A DNA stretch of 64,000 nucleotides from Acidimicrobiia bacterium (lineage in GTDB: Bacteria > Actinomycetota > Acidimicrobiia > Spongiisociales > UBA11373): contig JBBDWO010000025.1 in the NCBI GenBank assembly GCA_040902765.1, positions 14,132 to 78,131 of the forward strand. The letters run 5' to 3'. Positions 57,914 to 64,000 of this stretch are shown here, piece by piece (the stretch's first letter is position 1; every line of letters starts with the position of its first letter). The translations under genes and the position numbers were made by a program. The notes under the pieces were generated by a model. That model was not told the DNA's origin, ran no database searches, and saw only the letters and a list, made by a program, of their open reading frames with translations.

Positions 57914-59154
57914 CTGGTGCTCGCGCCCAGCTCGTAGGCGGCAGTGTCGGCGCGCACCCGCCACAGCGGTCCGAAGATGAGCAGGGCGGCTGCGACGGCG
58001 ATCACGGCACCACCACCCACGAAGAGCGGGCGCAAGCCGATGGCTTCACCGAGTACGCCACCGAGCGCTGCACCGATCGGAATCCCGGCGAAGGAGATGG
58101 TCCGCGAAGCCGCCACCACCCGACCGAGGCGATCCGGAGGCGCCAGGCGCTGACGAAGGGTGACGAAGGCGACCTGATTGATCGACACCCCGGCCATGGC
58201 GAGTCCGAACGGGAGCACGGTCAACGGGCCTTCGGAGACCCCGGCGCCCATGGCGCCGAAGCCAAACAACACGCCGCCGGCCACCACTGACCGGCCCAGA
58301 CCGATGGCCGCCACCAACCTGGGTGCTAGCGACACCCCCACGGCCCCGATGGCGGCGAACCCGGCAAAGAGCATGCCCAGTGATAGGTCGGTGACCACGC
58401 CGAGTTCCTCCTGGGCGTACAGCACCATCACCGCAGCCAGCGGGGCGAAGGCAAGGTTGATGGCGAAGGCGGACAGGGTTGCCCAGCGCAGCGGCGCCGA
58501 CTGCCATAGCGTGACGATCCCGTGGCGGAGTGCCGACCACACCGCCTCGCGGCGGGCGACCGGACGGGGTCGTATCTCCCGGAGCATGAGGATCCCTCCG
58601 ACCGAGACCAGGTAGGTGACCGCCTGGAAGGCGAAGGCGGTGGCAATCCCCCCACCCCAAGCGAGGACGGCCCCACCGACCACGAAACCCAGGGTCTGGG
58701 CCAGGTTGCGCCCCACCTGAAGCCGGCTGTTGGCGACCACCAGCAGTTCGTCGGTGAGCACGGTGGGAACGTACGACTCGAGTCCGGTGTCGAACACCGT
58801 GGCCATCGAGCCCACCAGGAAGGCCACGGTGAAGGCCATCCACACGGTGCCTATCCCGGCGGCGACGGCGAGTGCCAGTAGCCCGAAAGCGACGGCGCGC
58901 AGCAGGTCGGCGATGACCAGGGCGCGGCGGACCCGCACCCGATCGACCAGCACCCCGGCGATGAACCCGAATAGCAGCACCGCCGCCGTCTCGAACATCG
59001 CCAGCAACCCCAACTGCGTTGCCGATCCGGTGAGGTCGCGGACGAAGACGGGCAGGGCGAAGAAGAGAGCCAGGTAATCCCCGAACTGAGAAACGGACTG
59101 TCCGACGACGAGCGGCCATGTGTTGCGGCGGGCCACCGCGGTCGGGTCGGACAT
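57910..59154 (-). CDS. MFS transporter
   Basis: 12-TM protein with an MFS D-R-x-x-R-R-like motif (VLVDRVRVRRAL). The start is the ATG at 59154. Confidence 0.75.
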   Translation of the reverse strand: MSDPTAVARRNTWPLVVGQSVSQFGDYLALFFALPVFVRDLTGSATQLGLLAMFETAAVLLFGFIAGVLVDRVRVRRALVIADLLRAVAFGLLALAVAAGIGTVWMAFTVAFLVGSMATVFDTGLESYVPTVLTDELLVVANSRLQVGRNLAQTLGFVVGGAVLAWGGGIATAFAFQAVTYLVSVGGILMLREIRPRPVARREAVWSALRHGIVTLWQSAPLRWATLSAFAINLAFAPLAAVMVLYAQEELGVVTDLSLGMLFAGFAAIGAVGVSLAPRLVAAIGLGRSVVAGGVLFGFGAMGAGVSEGPLTVLPFGLAMAGVSINQVAFVTLRQRLAPPDRLGRVVAASRTISFAGIPIGAALGGVLGEAIGLRPLFVGGGAVIAVAAALLIFGPLWRVRADTAAYELGASTR

Positions 59155-59220
59155 CGGCCGCAGCGTACCAAGCTCAGGCAGGCCGGGGGAGTCGCGGTTT
59201 CCGGGTACGCTTGAGTTCAT

Positions 59221-59512
59221 GGCAGAGACACGCGACATCCCGGAGATGGTTGGCGAGTTCTTCGACCTCGCCAAGCGGTACCTCCGCGAGCAGACCCTGG
59301 GTCCGGCCAAGCGTCTCGGTCGCCTCGCCGCCTTCAGCCTCCTCGCCTCGATCATGTTCGTCCTCGCCATCCTGTTCCTGTCGGTGGCGGCGATGCGCGT
59401 GATCGTCGGAGCCATGCCCGATGGTGCCATCTGGAGCGGGCTCGGCTACATCGCTTCGGCGATCGCCCTTCTCGTCCTGACCGCCATCATCATGTGGAGG
59501 GCAGCCCGATGA
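59221..59512 (+). CDS. small membrane protein (putative holin-X-like)
   Basis: About 97 aa with two TM helices. It is translationally coupled (ATGA) to the next small membrane ORF. Confidence 0.4.
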
Positions 59513-59706
59513 GCGTCAGCCGCGGTGACCTGGAGGCGAAGCTGGAGGAGATCCGGGGTGCGGTCGAGGAGACCGCCGAAGGCGCCCGGAACGCCGGGAT
59601 CCTCATCGCCATGGGCGTGGTGGCGTTGGTCCTGATCGCTTTCCTCAACGGCCGGCGCCGCGGCCGCAAGGGAGTGGCGCGAGTCGAGGTCTACCGCCTG
59701 CGCTGA
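59509..59706 (+). CDS. small membrane protein, hypothetical
   Basis: 65 aa with an N-terminal amphipathic region followed by one TM helix (ILIAMGVVALVLIAFL). Confidence 0.35.
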   Translation: MSVSRGDLEAKLEEIRGAVEETAEGARNAGILIAMGVVALVLIAFLNGRRRGRKGVARVEVYRLR

Positions 59707-59903
59707 CGGCCCTTGGGTGGCACTGCCACCACGATGCGGCCACCCGGACGGAGCCGCTGGGAGTGCACCATCTGGCGCTTGGACTCGTCGAGCCATCTGG
59801 CGAACGCGATGGCGAGCAGAGCCGCACCCAGGAAAGTGCGCAGATGGTCGCCTCGCCTGATCCCTTTGGCGAGCAACTTCCACCCGGTGGGGACGATGAA
59901 CAT
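59691..59903 (-). CDS. small hypothetical membrane-associated protein
   Basis: 70-aa ORF with a hydrophobic core (FLGAALLAIAFARWL). Weak support. Confidence 0.25.
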   Translation of the reverse strand: MFIVPTGWKLLAKGIRRGDHLRTFLGAALLAIAFARWLDESKRQMVHSQRLRPGGRIVVAVPPKGRQRRR

Positions 59904-60041
59904 GAGCCGATGCTACCCCCGGTTGGCGTCGCTCTAGAGTCGGGGCATGTTCCGAAACCGCGAACGCATGGTGAGAGTCCTCGGAATCCTCCTCGCCGCC
60001 GCGCTGGCGATCACGCTGGTGCTGCCCTTCCTCGGTAGGAC

Positions 60042-60875
60042 GTGACCGACCGCTTCGCCGACGGGGACCTCTGCCTCCTCATCGATGCGAAGGGTCGCAA
60101 GCACCTCGTCGACCTCCAACCCGGCCGCACCTTCCAGTTCCACGCCGGGGTGATCCGACACGAGGACATCATCGGTGCCGAGGCTGGTGTGGTGGTGCGC
60201 ACCGGCACCGGCGCCAAGGTGGCGGCGCTGCGCCCCCGCCTGGCCGACTACGTGCTGACCATGCGTCGCGGCGCCCAGGTGGTGTATCCGAAGGACCTGG
60301 GGCCGATGATCCACTGGGGCGACGCCCGGCCCGGACACCTGGTCGTCGAGGCCGGGACCGGCTCGGGTGCCCTCACCATGGCCCTCCTCGCCGCCGTGGG
60401 GCCGACCGGACGGGTGGTCTCGGTGGATCGGCGTGAGGATCACCAGGAGCACGCCCGGGGGGTCATGGAGCGGCTGCTGGGGGAGTTGCCCGCCAACCTG
60501 GAGCTGGTGGTGGGCGACGTGGCCGAGGTCGTGGCCGATCATCGGCCCGATCGGGTGTTCCTCGACCTGCCCGAGCCCTGGCACGTGGTGCCCCCGGCAG
60601 CCGAGGCGCTCACGCCCGGCGGGGTCCTGTGTGCCTATCTCCCCACCATCCCGCAGGTCATGCACCTGCACGACGCGCTGCGCCGCGCCCGGCGCTACGC
60701 CGCGGTCGAGACCTTCGAGACGCTCCATCGGGAGTGGCAGTTCGAAGGCCGATCCGTACGCCCCCGCAGCCAGATGGTCGGTCACACCGGGTTCATCACC
60801 GTGGCCCGGTCCGTCGTCGGAGAGGCACTCGACGAGGACGAGTACGACGCGGCGGAGGACGATCAGGATGCGTGA
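60042..60875 (+). CDS. trmI: tRNA (adenine58-N1)-methyltransferase
   Basis: GCD14/TrmI-like beta-barrel N-terminus and a SAM motif (VVEAGTGSGALT). It lies immediately upstream of arc as in other Actinobacteria. An acidic tail is present. Confidence 0.8.
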   Translation: MTDRFADGDLCLLIDAKGRKHLVDLQPGRTFQFHAGVIRHEDIIGAEAGVVVRTGTGAKVAALRPRLADYVLTMRRGAQVVYPKDLGPMIHWGDARPGHLVVEAGTGSGALTMALLAAVGPTGRVVSVDRREDHQEHARGVMERLLGELPANLELVVGDVAEVVADHRPDRVFLDLPEPWHVVPPAAEALTPGGVLCAYLPTIPQVMHLHDALRRARRYAAVETFETLHREWQFEGRSVRPRSQMVGHTGFITVARSVVGEALDEDEYDAAEDDQDA

Positions 60876-60910
60876 AGCGCTGACCGACTTTCCACCGGTC
60901 GGTCGTCGGG

Positions 60911-60995
60911 GGTGAGCGAATAGGTCGCTGGCTTCATCAGGTTCCGGCTTGTGGCAAGCCGGAACCTGATCCCGGGGCGAGCCTATTCGCTCACC
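60911..60995. promoter_or_regulatory. 85-nt nested perfect palindrome in the trmI-arc intergenic region
   Basis: Outer arms GGTGAGCGAATAGG (60911-60924) and CCTATTCGCTCACC (60982-60995). Inner hairpin ATCAGGTTCCGGCTTG-tgg-CAAGCCGGAACCTGAT (60936-60970). Confidence 0.5.
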
Positions 60996-61062
60996 CCCGT
61001 ATACTCGGACCCGGACCGGGTGCGCCCGGTCCACGGTCGTCAGACGACCGGAGAGGATCGAG

Positions 61063-62778
61063 ATGAGCGACCAGCAGATCGACGAGCTGCGGACAACCAT
61101 CCGGATGCTCGAGGACGAGATCGCCATTCTCAGGCGGCGACTCCAGGATGCTCCGCGCCGCGTTCGCATCCTCGAAGAGCGACTCCTCGAGGCGAAGGGC
61201 CGCCTCAACCAGTCGCTCGGCCAGAACGAGAAGCTCTCGGTGGCGCTCGAAGAGACCCGGGAGCAGCTGGCCATCCTGCGCGACGAGGTCGAAAAGCTCA
61301 CCGCACCGCCCAACCCGTTCGGAGTGGTCCACGGCGTCAACTCCGACGGCACCATCGACGTCCTTACCAGCGGCCGCAAGCTCCGGGTGACCGTCGAGCC
61401 GACCATCGAGATCAAGGAGCTCGAGATCGGTCAGGAGGTCGTCCTCAACGAGGCGATGAACGTCATCGACATCCGGGCCTTCGAGCCGACCGGCGACGTG
61501 ATGAGCGTCAAGGAGATCCTCGACGAGCGCCGCGTCATCGTCCTCGGCCGCGGTGACGAGGAGCGGGTCGTCGAGCTCGCCGGACCGATGCGCGGCGCCT
61601 TCCTGCGGGTCGGCGACCACGTTCGGGTGGACATGCGCACCGGTCTCATCCACGAACGGCTGATCCGACCCGAGGTCGAGGAGTTGGTGCTCGAGGAGGT
61701 CCCCGACGTGTCCTACGAGGACATCGGCGGGCTCGAAGAGCAGATCACCGCCATTCGGGACGCGGTCGAGTTGCCGTACCTCCACAAGGACCTGTTCGAC
61801 GAGTACGCCCTCAGCGCCCCGAAGGGGATCCTCCTCTACGGGCCGCCCGGATGCGGCAAGACGCTCATCGCCAAGGCGGTGGCGAACTCCCTGGCGACAG
61901 CGGTGGCCAGCAAGACGGGGCGCGGGGATGCTCGATCGTACTTCCTCAACGTCAAGGGCCCCGAGCTGCTCAACAAGTACGTGGGTGAGACGGAGCGTCA
62001 GATCCGGCTCATCTTCGTCCGGGCCAAGGAGAAGTCCGATGAGGGAGTCCCGGTGATCGTCTTCTTCGACGAAATGGACTCGCTGTTCCGTACCCGGGGC
62101 ACCGGCATCTCGTCGGATGTCGAGTCGACGATCGTCCCCCAGTTGCTCTCCGAGCTCGACGGCGTCGAGGCCCTCAAGAACGTGATCGTGATCGGCGCCT
62201 CCAACCGTGAGGACCTGATCGATCCGGCGATCCTGCGGCCTGGTCGGCTCGACGTGAAGATCAAGATCGAGCGGCCCACCATCGAGGCCGCCCGCGCCAT
62301 CTTCGGCGTCTACATCGACGCTGCCGTGCCCCTCGATGCCGTCGAGCTTGCCGGGTCGGACGGCGATGTCCCTGGTCATCTGGATCATCTCATCGACAAG
62401 GTGGTCGCCGACATGTACTCGACGGCGGACCACAACCGCTTCCTCGAGGTGACCTACGCCGGTGGCGACAAGGAGATCCTGTACTTCAAGGACTTCGTGT
62501 CCGGGGCCATGATCGAGAACGTGGTGCGGCGTGCCAAGAAGGAGGCGATCAAGCGGGAAATCGCCGAGGGCGTGCGTGGCGTCCGTCTCGCCGACCTGCT
62601 CGCAGCCATCAAGCAGGAGTTCCGCGAGCACGAGGACTTGCCCAACACCACCAACCCGGACGACTGGGCCCGGATCTCGGGCAAGAAGGGCGAGCGGATC
62701 GTCTACGTCCGCACGCTCATGGGCGGAGACGGCGAAGGTCGCAGCATCGAGGCCATCACCACCGGCCAGTACCTGTGA
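61063..62778 (+). CDS. arc: proteasome-associated AAA+ ATPase ARC/Mpa
   Basis: N-terminal coiled coil, tandem OB domains, Walker A GPPGCGKT, a second-region-of-homology segment, and a C-terminal GQYL proteasome-docking tail. Confidence 0.95.
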   Translation: MSDQQIDELRTTIRMLEDEIAILRRRLQDAPRRVRILEERLLEAKGRLNQSLGQNEKLSVALEETREQLAILRDEVEKLTAPPNPFGVVHGVNSDGTIDVLTSGRKLRVTVEPTIEIKELEIGQEVVLNEAMNVIDIRAFEPTGDVMSVKEILDERRVIVLGRGDEERVVELAGPMRGAFLRVGDHVRVDMRTGLIHERLIRPEVEELVLEEVPDVSYEDIGGLEEQITAIRDAVELPYLHKDLFDEYALSAPKGILLYGPPGCGKTLIAKAVANSLATAVASKTGRGDARSYFLNVKGPELLNKYVGETERQIRLIFVRAKEKSDEGVPVIVFFDEMDSLFRTRGTGISSDVESTIVPQLLSELDGVEALKNVIVIGASNREDLIDPAILRPGRLDVKIKIERPTIEAARAIFGVYIDAAVPLDAVELAGSDGDVPGHLDHLIDKVVADMYSTADHNRFLEVTYAGGDKEILYFKDFVSGAMIENVVRRAKKEAIKREIAEGVRGVRLADLLAAIKQEFREHEDLPNTTNPDDWARISGKKGERIVYVRTLMGGDGEGRSIEAITTGQYL

Positions 62779-64000
62779 GCGCAGACCCGGGACCTCGTGT
62801 CCTCGGTACCGAAACCGAGTTCGGCATCACGGTGCGCAACCAGGTCGACTTCAACCCGGTGCTCGCCTCCAGTCTGGTGATCAACTCGTACTCGGGCTCG
62901 GCATCACGCATCCAGTGGTCGTTCGAGGAGGAGACACCGGGCCGCGACGCCCGCGGCTTCGGATACGAACCGCCTCCGACGGCGGACTTCGACGCCGGTC
63001 TGGTCAACGTGGTGCTCACCAACGGCGCCCGCTTCTACGTGGACCATGCCCACCCCGAGTACGCCACGCCCGAGTGCGTCGACGCCCGCGAGGCCGCCCT
63101 CCACGACAAGGCCGGAGAGGTGGTGCTGGCGCGTGCCGCCGCTGCCGCCACCGAGTCACTCCCCGAGGGGCGGCGCCTGCTCATCCACAAGAACAACAGC
63201 GACGGCAAGGGCAACTCGTACGGGGCCCATGAGAACTACCTGGTGCCCCGGTCGGTGCCATTCGCCGATCTGGTGCACCACATGACGCCGTTTCTGGTGT
63301 CGCGTCAGATATTCACCGGGGCGGGGAAGGTGGGGGCGGAGAACGGCAGACCCGCCGTCGAGTTCCAGCTGTCCCAGCGAGCCGACTTCTTCGAGGAGGA
63401 GATCGGCCTCGAGACCACCCTGAAGCGACCCATCGTCAACACCCGCGACGAGCCGCACGCCGATCCGGCGAAGTATCGGAGACTCCACGTCATCATCGGA
63501 GATGCCACCCTGAGCGAAGTGCAGACGTTCCTCAAGCTGGGGAGCGCCTCACTGGTCCTCGCCGCCATCGAGGCGGGCGCTCTGGGCGATCCCATCGTCC
63601 TGCGCCGGCCCGTCGATGCGGTCTGGCAGGTCAGCCACGATCCGACCCTGCGCACGACGATCGAACTCGACGACGGCTCCTCCGCCACGGCCCTCGACAT
63701 CCAGTGGTTGTTCTTCGAGCGGGTGTCGAAGCACGTGGAGTCCGCCGGGGGTACCGACGTCGACCGTGAGGTCCTCCGGGTGTGGGAGGAAATCCTCACC
63801 GACCTGGAGGCGGACCCGTCCCGCACCCGCGACCGCCTCGACTGGGCGGCGAAGCGCTACCTGCTCGAAGGGTTCCGCCAGCGCGACGCCCTCGGCTGGG
63901 GAGACCCGAAGATGCGCCTCCTCGACCTCCAGTACCACGACGTCGACCCGGCGAGAGGCCTATACCACCGGCTCGCCGGATCCGGGAGGATGCAGCGCCT
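62775..64000 (+). CDS. dop: Pup deamidase/depupylase Dop (3' end lies beyond the window)
   Basis: A GTG start overlaps the arc stop. The PafA/Dop-family N-terminal motif LGTETEFGI is present, together with the Dop-type insertion and the position directly after arc. Confidence 0.85.
   Translation, partial: MSADPGPRVLGTETEFGITVRNQVDFNPVLASSLVINSYSGSASRIQWSFEEETPGRDARGFGYEPPPTADFDAGLVNVVLTNGARFYVDHAHPEYATPECVDAREAALHDKAGEVVLARAAAAATESLPEGRRLLIHKNNSDGKGNSYGAHENYLVPRSVPFADLVHHMTPFLVSRQIFTGAGKVGAENGRPAVEFQLSQRADFFEEEIGLETTLKRPIVNTRDEPHADPAKYRRLHVIIGDATLSEVQTFLKLGSASLVLAAIEAGALGDPIVLRRPVDAVWQVSHDPTLRTTIELDDGSSATALDIQWLFFERVSKHVESAGGTDVDREVLRVWEEILTDLEADPSRTRDRLDWAAKRYLLEGFRQRDALGWGDPKMRLLDLQYHDVDPARGLYHRLAGSGRMQR

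Noticed and set aside
59947-60045. 33-aa hydrophobic micro-ORF (MFRNRERMVRVLGILLAAALAITLVLPFLGRT) overlapping the trmI start
   Set aside because: It is too short to support from sequence alone. It could be a leader peptide but is not called.

Overview
This window is a high-GC (about 68-70%) actinobacterial chromosome segment. It encodes an Mpa/Dop Pup-proteasome module ending in the GQYL tail, and the gene order resembles Acidimicrobiia/Actinomycetia. Most of the window is conserved housekeeping. In order, it holds the dnaE 3' end, a two-domain ThyX-like gene, xpt, nth, and a MATE and an MFS transporter. Next come csaA, ccdA and a trp operon (trpE, an ygfZ-like gene, trpC, trpF, trpB, trpA) in which trpE is split by an apparent 1-nt frameshift. 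After that are nadE, tRNA-Leu(CAA), polA, rpsA, coaE, uvrB, tatA and uvrA, then a SAM-methyltransferase and a 944-aa orphan membrane protein. The following genes are uvrC, rapZ, yvcK, pgk, tpiA, gpmA, secG and an Opp/Dpp-type ABC importer (solute-binding protein, two permeases, two ATPases). The accessory part is an integrated element of about 10 kb at tRNA-Leu(GAG) (44.6-54.65 kb). Degenerate copies of the tRNA 3' end lie at 52.63 kb and 54.64 kb. The element carries a large serine recombinase, a Rep_trans-like initiator and small HTH proteins. Its cargo is a 4-gene operon ending in a TIR-domain protein, which is a candidate new TIR-based antiphage system with no ThsA/SIR2/STING/SAVED partner, and an adjacent MmeI-family Type IIL restriction-modification enzyme flanked by ~60-bp direct repeats. 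A low-GC cargo region follows, encoding a metzincin-like secreted protein. Downstream are a DUF222-HNH gene, a dodecin, cNMP-binding and SnoaL-like proteins, DMT and MFS exporters, small holin-like membrane proteins, trmI, arc(mpa) and the 5' part of dop. Many long antisense ORFs are high-GC artefacts. Several intergenic regions carry unusual heptad tandem repeats and nested palindromes.
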